From positions 27,208,213 to 27,272,212 of the forward strand of contig OZ234493.1 of assembly GCA_965153455.1 (NCBI GenBank): a stretch of DNA of 64,000 nucleotides, given 5' to 3'. Origin of the DNA: Sphagnum compactum. Its lineage: Eukaryota. How positions within the stretch are numbered: position 1 is the stretch's first letter; each line of letters starts with the position of its first letter. The position numbers and the translations under genes were made by a program. This document shows, in pieces, positions 1 through 10,350 of the stretch. The notes under the pieces are model-generated. The model ran no database searches, was not told where the DNA came from, and saw only the letters and a program-made list of their open reading frames with translations.

Positions 1-315
1 TTGATTTACATGGGAACCATAGTCCTATGGCTCACCATTGTATGTTGAAAGAAACACACACCATTTCTTACATCCAACAAACTAGCCATGTGGATAGAGG
101 GAGATGAAAAAGAAATAGCTTACGCCCAAGCTACTGAAAGCTTGAAGGTGGTTCCTACTAACATTCAACACGGACCAAAGGTTTTATAGAGGTTCAAAGC
201 AGCCCACGAGCCCTTGGTCATAGCTCTGTCTAGTTTTGAGAACATGGAGAGCCATGGCAAATCGATTAAGCCAGTACTTCGTCAGCTAATCACCTGGACA
301 CCCCCTAAGGAAGGG

Positions 316-1250
316 ATTACATTACAAGAGCTCTTTGGTGGTATTGGTATAGGTCTCGAAACCCTACTATAGTCAGGGATGGTGGTTTAGAAGTTTTTAT
401 ACGTAGACATTGATCCTATTGCAAGGCACTTGGCGGCATCGAGAATGATGGAGCTCATAGCCAGATTTCCACAACAGTTTGCAACCACCACATGGAAGGC
501 CAGTTTCACTTTCTTGCCCTTTGACATACAACTAATTCAAAAGAAGCATATGGAATTACTTGGCTCCATGGACCTCATCATTTCAGGTTGTGAGTGTCAA
601 GGATTTGGAGAAGGCTTGAGTGACACAAGATCCGGTCTCTTCACGGACATGGTACGATTGATCATTTAGGCTCAATCCATTTCTCCTACGCTTGATATGT
701 GATTGAAAACACCCCTTCTCAACTTGACCAGAGGGAGAAAGTCCAGGAGCACTACACGCTGGTCAAACATTACCTTAGAAAATTGTTCCTACTCGATGTG
801 GCACAATGCGATTCATGTGCGCACCAGCTGCGCAACTGGTGGACCAACCTTGCACCACTCTCATTTTTGCAGTTGGTTTTGAAATATACCATCAGATTCC
901 CCAACCTACAGGTTTTTCACATATTGGATGATCAGAGCTCCTGCCAACCAGTTACAAGGTAAAAGAAACCTCCTTGGTTTCCTACGAACATAATAGGAAA
1001 ACCAAGAGGTGCTTGGCCCACCTTTGTCTCCTTCCCAGCAACACATGCCTTTCAGGGAGTTGGACCAGGCCTAGTGTATCATCATGCTTCAGCCACTTGG
1101 GATGAACCAAGCCCAAAAGAAAGAGAAAGGGTTATGGGGTTCTAAACTGGCAAACTAGTCACACTAAGGTGACTAGACTGGAGCATAACGCTCTACTGAG
1201 GAGAGGCATGGACCTAAATTCCCTTACATGGTTGTTGGTAACTTGTGTAT
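316..1250 (+). pseudogene. DNMT3-like C5-cytosine DNA methyltransferase domain embedded in the retrotransposon polyprotein (disrupted)
   Basis: Manual translation gives the motifs in canonical order: ITLQELFGGIGIG (I, FxGxG, 328-354), YVDID (II), PFDIQ (III), DLIISGCECQGF (IV, Cys at 595), GLSDTRSGLF (V), YVIENT (VI, ~696-713), LDVAQCDSCAHQLRNWWTNL (VIII), EPSPKERERVMGF (IX, ~1104-1143), TRLEHNALLRRGMDLNSLTWLL (X). Stops at 370, 388, 667 and 960, plus frameshifts. Confidence 0.88.
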
Positions 1251-1554
1251 TCTTTCAAATTTACACAACACCAGCACTGATTCAATCAACTTGCAGTTCT
1301 AGCAATGCGACTACATGGCACCCCAACCAAGTACACTTGCCTATCTTCAACACTTTACACTTCACTCTTAGTGTTGGGGGGGAGGAGGTACCATGTAATT
1401 TGATCAAGTTGTTTCTGATACACTTGGAGGTACATCAACTTCTAAAGAAATAATTACAACCTTCTACGAATCTGCGCAGTTGGATAATGGAGAACCCAAT
1501 ACAGCAAGTTCTTCAACACATTTTCCAACTCCATTCCATGTGTTTCCAACTACC

Positions 1555-2860
1555 CTTTCATTATGGGGAACCAGCTCACCAAGAAGGAGAGAGACTAGGT
1601 CACAGACTTACTAATTAAGTATGAGAATGTGTTCGCATTCTTAATGAAAGACTTAGGTAAGTGTAAGAGCAGAAGTTCTCTATAGACCTTATAGATGAGA
1701 CACCCATCTATCGGAGGACGCATAGGTTGAGCAAGCATGAATGGGAACTGGTAGATGAAAGATGCAAAGAGCTCCATGAGGCTGGTCTCATTCAGCCATC
1801 AAGTTCTAATTTCGCAACCGCAACAGTAATGCCAACAAAGAAGGATTCAGCTGGATTATGGACTGAGAAAGGGATGTGCAAGGATTATAGGCTTTTGAAC
1901 CTGGTTACACCTTAGGACAGGTACCCCATGCCCATCCCTAAAGAACTATTTGATAACATTGGAGACTCAAACATCTTCACAATTGTGGATCTGAAGCAAG
2001 GCTTCAACCAAATTGTGCTCGCTGCGAAGGATCGCAAGAAAACGGCGTTCCATGGAATGAACAAGTTAAGGGAATGGCTTGTGATGCCTTTTGGATTGAA
2101 GAATGCACATGTCTTTTTTCAGCAAGTCATGGACCAAGTTCTCAAAGGGGTAGATTTCTTGAAGTGCTACATAGATGATGTCCTAGTGCATAGCAAGGGA
2201 CTCTTGCAACACTTGGTTCATCTTGAGGAATTATTCAAAAGGCTCCAAGAAGTCGATATGAAGATCCATCCCAAAAAGTGTGAATTTGTTGTCACCTCAA
2301 TAGTCTACCTTGGCCACAAAATTTTGCCAAATGGTATTATGGCTCATTGGGCCAAAGTAGTAGCCATTTTGGAGATGCCCATTCTTACTAATGTTCACTT
2401 TGATGAGCTTCATCGGACTATGTAATTACTACAAGATTTATGTCCAAAACTTCAGTACTATTGTTCATCCTCTTTATGCATTGTTAAAGAAGGATGTTGT
2501 TTGGACATGGAGTGAAGAGGCTCAAGACGCTTTCAACACACTCAAGGAAAAGCTTTCAGAGTTCCCCACTCTAAGAAGACTTGATTTCAACAAGGTCTTC
2601 ATTCTACACACTTACTGGAGTGCTCTTGGTATTGGTGTTATTCTTGGCCAACTTGATGAGGAATGCAAGGAATATGTTATCGCCTACGCATCCCAAAGCA
2701 ACAAGGCTGAGAACAACTACTCTTCATACGAGGGGAAGTGTTTTGTTGTTGTATGGGCCATCATACATTTCAGGCCCTATCTTTATGGCACCAAGTTCAC
2801 TTTGCATACCAACCACCAACCTATCAAGTGGTTGATGACCAACGACAAGCTTATTGGTAA
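1555..2860 (+). pseudogene. Gypsy reverse transcriptase and N-terminal RNase H of the outer element
   Basis: ORF fragments 1727-1915, 1928-2425 and 2391-2860 with standard gypsy RT/RH motifs (YIDD; FILHT..SALGIGVILGQ; YSSYEG.C..VVWAI.HFRPYLYG). Confidence 0.95.
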
Positions 2861-3127
2861 TGTTATGGACCGACTACAAACAAGTGGAGAATTACAAGAC
2901 AAGACAAGCTTTATTGACCCATCAACTAGTGTTGATCTGCTGAAGGGTTGTTCCCTAGACTATCTCCTTTTATAACCCTGAGCCATACTAGTCCCAAAAT
3001 ATCCTAGGCCATGATATTGCCAAAAGTATCCCAAATTATCCTAGGCCATGATATTGCAAAAAGTATCCCAAAATATCCTAGGAAATGACATTGCCAAAAG
3101 TATCCCAAAATATCGTAGGCCATGCCA
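2861..3127 (-). repeat. 3' LTR of the nested chromovirus (267 bp)
   Basis: Direct repeat of 8353-8619 with 8 substitutions by manual alignment; contains about 3.6 copies of a 37-bp unit TCCCAAAATATCCTAGGCCATGATATTGCCAAAAGTA. Confidence 0.97.
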
Positions 3128-6100
3128 TTATCCTCTCCTCAAGCGACATCTTCTAGATGGAGCCGGTTTGTTAGGATACCGTTGGTGAAACCGATTAACT
3201 AAGTCTTGGGCATGAACTAGGTTTCCAGTAGGCTCCCAAGTAGCTTCAGAAGGAGGATAACCTCGCCAAAAGACAAGGTATAAGAACTTTCCACGAATCT
3301 TCTTGGAGTCCAAGACCTCCTGAACTTCAAACTCTTCTTGGCCTTCAATTTCGACTGGAGCTGGGGGTTCTTGATGACGTTCTGGGATCGGGTTTTCAGG
3401 ATAGGGCTCAAGCAGGGAGACATGGAAAACATTGTGGATTTTGAACTGGGGTGGAAGCTCCAACTGGCAAGCCACTAGACCAACCAATTTGGCGATTTTG
3501 AAAGGCCCGAGGCGCTTGTAATCCAACTTGGCACATGGGCGAGTGGTAGCAATGTTCTTTCTGAGAAGCCAGACCTTGTCTCCAACCTTGAAGTTTGGAT
3601 GGTCCTTGCGTCGGCGGTCTGCTTGCTTCTTTTGCCACTCCTCTGTTAGCTTGAGTTCTGCCATAAGGTTCTGTTGAACTTGTCCAAGCCTCGTGGCCCT
3701 TTCTTCAGCCGAGGGGTTTACAGAGTCTCCAAGAATTTCAAGGCTGAACCTGGGATGAAAACCGTAATTGGCAAAGAATGGACTGATCCCGGTCGATGCA
3801 TGTGTTGTGTTATTATAAGCAAACTCTGCTTGAGATAGTAGGTCCAGCCAGTCGTCCTGTTGGTAGTTCACAGTGCAGCGAAGGTATTGCTCGAGTGTCT
3901 GGTTTGTCCGTTCGGTTTGTCCATCTGTCTCAGAGTGGAAAGCTGAAGATAGTCGAATGTCAACTCCAAGAAGCTCGAATACACGATGCCAGAACTTGGA
4001 TGCAAACTAAAGACCTCTGTCGGACACAATTTCCTCGGGGAGTCCATGCAGTCGGACAATCCCGTCTAGAATTAACTAAGCTGTCTCTTTTGCCGTGATT
4101 GACTTGGAACAAGGGGTGAAATGGGCCATTTTGGTGAGTCGATCGACCACAACCAGTATTGAATTATTGGTTCTGACAATAGGGAGGTCTGTGATGAAGT
4201 CCATTGCAATAGATCCCCAAGGTCGGCTAGGAATCGACAGAGGCTGTAGGAGTCCAAACGGGCAATGCCTGGGAGCCTTGGATCGAGCACATGTATCACA
4301 AAACTTGACATACTCCCGTAGCATCTTGTTCATTTTGGGCCACCAATAAGTCCTTGACACTAGTTCGTGAGTCCGTGCCATTCCAAAGTGACCCGCCAGG
4401 GTGTTGTCGTGGCATTCTCTCAGGATTTTTAGGCGTATAGGTCTTTCGGGTACATAAATCAGGTTATTTCGAAGAAGTCCGTCTTGTTGCTCAAACTGAT
4501 CCAAGTCATCACGATTTGGGTTCCTTGGTCGTTGCTGGAGTTCCTTCTTGATGTTGATAGCCCAGGTGTCTTCCTCAGTTGCCATCTTGATGTCCCTGAC
4601 AAGGTATGAATCTGGGAGGGTGCTGATTGTTGCTGCAACTCAAAATTGCTCGGGGTTGAGTAAAGTCTGGTTCTGCTGGCCGTAGGCCTCATCCCCTGCT
4701 CGAAGTTCATATTTTAAACGACGAGATAGCGCGTCAGCTTTCCCTTGCTAGGTGCCGGGTTGAAACTGAATCTCAAAGTCGAAATCAGCTAGGAAGATAG
4801 ACCAGCGTGCCTGGCGACAATTTAAGGTCTGAGTAGTTGTGAAATAAAGGAGATTCTTGATCTATCAGAACTTGGACTCGATGTTGAGCTCCGGCAAGAT
4901 ACGGTCTCCACTGCTCGAATGCCGTGATGATTGCCAGGAGTTCCTTATCGTAGACCTGGTAGTTGATTTCGGCACTGGTTAACTTTCGTGAATAGAAAGC
5001 AACTGGATGCAGCAACCCATTTATTCCAAATTGAGATAGAATAGCTCCCAAGGCAAAATCTGAAACATCCGTTTCCACAATGAATGGCTTGGCAGGATCG
5101 GGATGTATCAGGATGGGTGCAGAAGTGAATGCCATCTTGAGAGTATCAAAAGCAGCCTGGGCCGTTGGATTCCACGAGAAGGGCTTGTCTTTGCAAGTCA
5201 GGGTTATTAACGGTGTTGTGATCTTAGAGTAGCCTTTGATAAACCGACGATAGAAGTTGGCAAACCCTAGGAAGCGTTGAATGTCCTTGACCGAGGATGG
5301 AGTAGCCCAACACTGGATGGTCTCGACCTTTGACTTGTCCATGAAAATGCCATCTGGAGAGATCACGTAGCTGAGGAACGCCACTGAAGATTTGTCGAAT
5401 TCACATTTATCCAACTTGGCGTATAAGCCATGCTCCCGGAGCGTCGCAAGCACCAATCGTACATGTTTGTCGTGGGTTTCCTGGTCCTTGGAAAAGATTA
5501 AAATGTCATCCAAATAGACCACGACAAATTCGTCCATGTAATCCCGGAAGATATCATTTATTAAATGCTGAAAGACTGCGGGTGCATTGGTGAGGCCGAA
5601 GGGCATGACCGTGTATTCGAAGTGGTCGTAGCGTGTGCGGAAAGCTGTCTTCCATTCATCACCGGGGCGAATCCTGAGTAAGTTGTAGGCTCCACGGAGG
5701 TCAAGCTTGGTGAAGATCTTCCCGGTATGTAGTCGATCTAGGAGACCTGAAATCAAGGGCAAGGGATATCGATTCTTTTTGGTGATCTTGTTGAGTCCAC
5801 GATAATCCACACAGAGTCGAAGGGAGCCATCCTTCTTCTTGACAAACAAAATTGGGGCGCCGGCTGAAGACTTGGAATGCTGAATGAACCCCTTGGCAAG
5901 ATTTTCAATAAGGTAATCACGCAAGGCTTGGAGTTCCGGTTCCGATAGGCCATAGATAGGACCAAAGGGTGATGAATGTCCTTCTTCTAGATCAATCGGG
6001 CAGTCATATGGACTATGGGCGGGGAGCTGATCAGCATTAATCTTTTCAAAAACATCAACAAAGTCCTTGTACTTCTCGGGAAGTTTGACAGGTGTTGGTT

Positions 6101-6940
6101 CTGATTGGGGGTTTATGGTGTTGGCTGGGTTGACATGGATGGCGAAGACTTGAAGATTCTTAGCAGCCCGATAGAAAGGGACAGCTCTATCAACGAAGAT
6201 CTGGACAGAGTTGGTTTTCTGGGCAGGATTCTTAACAAGATTCTTGACAGGACAAGGTTTAGTTCTGACCAACCAGGGGTTCTTGACTGCAGGACTTGAC
6301 ATAACAGACTTTTGATAAAACTGGAATTGGTTCCGACCCTCTTTGGGTTCTCGACCACAGGGTTCTTGGCAGGACTGGACAAAGTGTTTTTCTGAGCGTG
6401 GGGTTCTTGAGAGGTGCACCGTTGTGCGCTGAAGGTGAGGGTTCTAGATTGCCAATCAATGATAGGGTTGTGTGCTTCTAGCCAAGGCAGACCAAGGATG
6501 ATGGGATGGTGAAGGGTGTAGATGATGTTGAGAACAATCTTCTCCGTGTGCTTGTCGATACAGAGTTCTAGAGGGGTTGTCTCGTGTGTGATTGCACCAG
6601 AAGCAATGGTTCTCCCATCAATAACCTCTACCGGAACAGGGGTTGACTTCTTGACCATAAGGATGTTGTGTTCGACGACAAATGTTTGGTCGATGAAAGA
6701 AGAGGTGGCGCTGGAGTCCACCAAAGCTGACACTTGTGGTATGTCTTCTGGAATACGAATGATGTCCACATATTGAGTGAAACTGGGACTGGGACCAACA
6801 GCGGAACAGGAGCCTTTGTAAAGGTGGTGTTGGGTGAGATCCAGTCGCACGGCTCCTACTGTGACTGGATGTTCTTGTTTTCCAACTCTTGGGGAGTTTC
6901 CACAGCTTGTAATTGAAGTTTGATAAGCTTTTGAGGGCAC
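3128..6940 (-). pseudogene. pol of the nested chromovirus: aspartic protease, RT, RNase H, integrase, chromodomain (frameshifted)
   Basis: ALVDSSAT (protease); LRLCVDYRGLN, YLDD (RT); ETDVSDFALGAILSQ, DKELLAI (RH); HDNTLAGHFG..CDTC, MDFITDLP (INT); GPF motif; FEVQEVLDSKK..YLVFWRGYPPSEATWEP (chromodomain, ~3180-3335). Confidence 0.96.
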
Positions 6941-7830
6941 TAACGAGCTATATGCCCTGGGTTACCACAGTAAAGACATAGATTGTTTGTCCTTCGGCGA
7001 AGTTTTTCGGCTTCTGTCAAAGATTTAAACTTAGCTGTGTCGATCTACATCAGAGCAGGTCGAAAAGCGGCAGGTCGGGCAACTGGTGTTGTTTGGGGAA
7101 CTAAGGGGAGCGTAGTAGGCCGATTGTTCCAAAGCTGGGCGTTGGAGGTGATTTTCTTTTCCTGACGACGTTCAAACAAACGATTATCGCACCGAATTGC
7201 CTGGGTGATGGCTTCACTGAAGGAAGAAGGGTCTGCGAGTGTCAACAAAAAATCTTGAACATCATCACGAAGCCCACAGCGAAACTGATCAATCAAAGCA
7301 GCTTCTCCCCAATTGACGTCGTAGGCAAGCGGCCTGAATTCTGAGGCGTAGACGATGGCCGAACGTGTCCCTTGCTGGAGGCGACGCAGCTTGTTGGCTG
7401 AAGTCCTGGCCTTGTCACTGTCCCCAAATACTGCTTCAAATTTCGCCATAAAGGCGTTGAAATCTTATAGGAGAGGGGATGATGTTTCCAGGATGGGAGC
7501 AAACCATGCTGCAGCTGTCCCAGTGAGTAGGGTTCCAACGAATCCTACACGAGTGGTGTCATCAAAATAACGACGGGGGTGTAGTTACATGATCAGGCGT
7601 ACCTGGCTGACAAAGCCTCGAAATTTGAGGCGCGTTCCATCAAACTTTTCTGGTAGACTGATCTTGGGCTCTGAGGCGGCCATTGCAAGAACAGGAAGCA
7701 TTCGGGCAGGAGGTGGTGGCTGATTCTGTAGGCGGGTCACCGAGTCTCTAAGCACGGCATTTTTTTGTTGAAGGTGCTGAAGGGCGGCGAGGATTTGAGT
7801 GAGATCGATGTTTGATTCTGAGTTGTCCAT
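6930..7830 (-). pseudogene. gag of the nested chromovirus (disrupted)
   Basis: MDNSESNIDL..., EPKISLPEKFDG, LRRLQQGTRSA..YASEFR, CCHC knuckle LCLYCGNPGHIA..CP near 6935-6985. Confidence 0.9.
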
Positions 7831-7868
7831 GGTGGTAGTTCTCACACTTTTGCGCTTTCAATCTTCAA

Positions 7869-8177
7869 ACTTGAAACTTCAGATGCTTGGATCTCTCTCA
7901 ATACAAGTCCAAATGACATGAAATTTTTCTCACACATATATTCTTATATAATCTATAAGATCACAAAGTTACAGACCCAAAAAAGCTTAAACAAAGGAGA
8001 TATGACCAAAAAACCAGATCTGCACTTGAAACTTCAGATGCTTGGATCTCTCACAATACAAGTCCAAATGACATGAGATTTCTCTCACACATATATTCCT
8101 ATATGATCTATAAGATCACAAAGTTACAAACCCAAAAAAGCTTAAACAAAGGAGATATGACCAAAAAACCAGATCTG
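7869..8177. repeat. Two tandem ~155-bp copies in the 5' leader of the nested chromovirus
   Basis: ACTTGAAACTTCAGATGCTTGGATCTCTC... starts at 7869 and again at 8024; the copies are near-identical. Confidence 0.93.
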
Positions 8178-8352
8178 GCACAGAGTTTTCAAAAGCTCTT
8201 AACTCTCACAAAACATATCCTTTTCTTTTGAAACTTTGAGAGTAGAAGCGTCCTATAGTCTTCTATAACCTTTCCAAGTTTCACTCCAAGATACCTCTAG
8301 CTACTTACTGAAACAACAAAACAAACAAACAAGAAGAAGGAGTAGATCAAAT

Positions 8353-8619
8353 TGTTATGGATCGACTACAAACAAGTGGATAATTACAAGACAAGACAAG
8401 CTTTATTGACCCATCAACTAGTGTTGATCTGCTGAAGGGTTGTTCCCCAGACTATCTCCTTTTATAACCCTGAGCCATACTAGTCCCAAAATATCCTAGG
8501 CCATGATATTGCCAAAAATATCCCAAAATATCCTAGGCCATGATATTGCAAAAAGTATCCCAAAATATCCTAGGACATGACATTGCCAAAAGTATCCCAA
8601 AATATCCTAGGCCATGACA
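8353..8619 (-). repeat. 5' LTR of the nested chromovirus (267 bp)
   Basis: TGTTATGG...CCATGACA termini; minus-strand TATAAAA at 8466-8460 and AATAAA at 8407-8402. Confidence 0.97.
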
Positions 8620-8624
8620 GGTAA

Positions 8625-10300
8625 GTTAGCTCGTTGGGCACTTATACTTCAAGAGTATGAGTTCAAGGTTATTCACCGACCTAGTATTAGACATCAGAAT
8701 GCGAATACCATGTCGCGGAGACCCCTCATTACCTCTAAAGATTTCTTAGAAGCCAGGCAAGAGTTCGACCATATTCCAGCATTACATGTATCTTATACAT
8801 CTAGTTATTTTGCACTATTGTAATGTAACTTGGTTGAACATCCCATTGTGGATATATGAGAGGACTTGGACACTTTGAGGTTCCTTCAGCATGGGGAATA
8901 CCCTCCCCAAGTCACATAAAGTCATCAGGATTGCATACAATAGCGGTCCAAACACTACTCATGGAGGGACAATCACCTTGTCCGATGCTTACCGCAAGGT
9001 GACATAGTGGTTCCTCCACCACATGAACGAACTGATCTTATTCAAAAGGTACACTCAAAGCTTGGACATTTTGGAATTAAGCATACTTATAGCCTTCTTG
9101 CTCCTCATTACCATTGGAGAGGTATGTATGCTCAAGACCGAAATGTCATTGCTAGGTGTGAACAATATGATAGAGTGAGAACTTCCTTCTCCTCTCAACA
9201 GCTCACGCTTTCTCCACTCCCTATTCAGGGCATGTTCTATCGTTGGTCATGTGATTTAGCTAGAGAATTACCACAGACCTCCAGGGGTAATGTCTACATC
9301 ATGATTATGATTGAGCATTTTTCAAAGTGGGTCGAGCTTGTTGCACTGCCCGACAAGTCATCACACAACACTAGTTAGGCTTTCTTACAACGAGTCTTAA
9401 GGAGGTTTGGGGCTTGTGCTGAGTGCCTTACTAATCAAGGATCAGAATTTAGAGGAGAATTCCAATACCTACTTGATCATGCTCTCATTCACCATCGCCG
9501 GACTTCAAAGGATCATCCCCAAGCTGATGGCCTTGCAGAAAGGATGGTTCAGACATGCAAGAAGGGACTTTGGAAGATTTGCCTCATTAGGAACAAAGAG
9601 AGTTAGGACCTGGCCTTACCTTACATCGCCATGGGTTACAAAATGTCCAAACACGCCTCTTTGTCTCATTTCGCTCCTTACTTTCTACTTTTTGGGAGAC
9701 ATCCCATTCCACCCTCTTCCATTGCTACTCAAATGGACCAGGTTGTGGACTTGGACTCCCCAGCCACTTGGGTTAGGGTCCCATCGCAGAGAGGGCTGCT
9801 TTATTTAGGAGGGTTATGCCCATGGCCATGGAGAACTTGTCCATTGCATAACATCAAGACACCTTATGGTATGCACACACATGAGGTGGCAGTTACAAAC
9901 CTAAGGTGAGACAATTTGATGTTAGTGACTTTGTGTATCTCCAGTCGCAACCTAATGATACTCTGGACATTTCTTCTGGTCGCACTATCTTGAGGATTAA
10001 GGCAATCAGGCCTTCAAGTGTGTTAGAGTTGCAAGGAGCTGACGAATGCACAATTTAGGATCACTCTAAAAATTGTGCGCCCTGCCACCTGCCAAACTTG
10101 GATCCTACCATCATCACGTCGACTTGGATTGCTCCACTTGACTATCCATGTTAGATATGTTAGAGGATAGATGATCTTGATTAGATGCTGCTTTGCGATA
10201 ATTATAATGGTGGATAACATCCATTCTACCTCAAGCCAAAGCTCACTCAAATTCCTTCTGACATTTGGTATTATTCATCATGTTCTCCTGTAGCACCTTG
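8625..10300 (+). pseudogene. C-terminal RNase H, DDE integrase and C-terminal PHD finger of the outer element
   Basis: LARWALILQEYEFKVIHRP..HQNANTMSR; HHCC; core integrase (WSCDLA, TNQGSEF, HPQADGLAERMVQT); from 10140: DYPC*IC*RIDDLD*MLLCDNYNGG*HPFYLKPKLTQIPSDIWYYSSC, a decayed C4HC3 PHD. Confidence 0.88.
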
Positions 10301-10350
10301 ATTTCTACTTAAACCATGCCACGTTTTTCCCGGCTCAAGTTTAGGGGGGG

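Larger units (their letters stand above)
2861..8619 (-). mobile_element. Full-length (frameshifted) Ty3/gypsy chromovirus, Tcn1-like, nested in the outer element
   Basis: TG...CA termini, two 267-bp LTRs, 5-bp TSD GGTAA (2856-2860 and 8620-8624), PPT GAGGAGAGGATAA (minus strand, 3128-3140), gag-PR-RT-RH-INT-chromodomain on the minus strand. The Tcn1 clade call is inference from structure. Confidence 0.97.

Noticed and set aside
316-1250. Bacterial restriction-modification methylase or contamination
   Set aside because: No cognate nuclease; the domain is collinear with gypsy pol, shares its decay pattern and is contiguous with intron-containing plant genes.
2861-2975. C-terminal extension of ORF 2391-2975
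   Set aside because: Read-through into the nested LTR; the true RNase H continues at 8625.
2992-3127. 37-bp repeats resembling a CRISPR array
   Set aside because: Spacer-less tandem units inside the LTR, duplicated in the other LTR.
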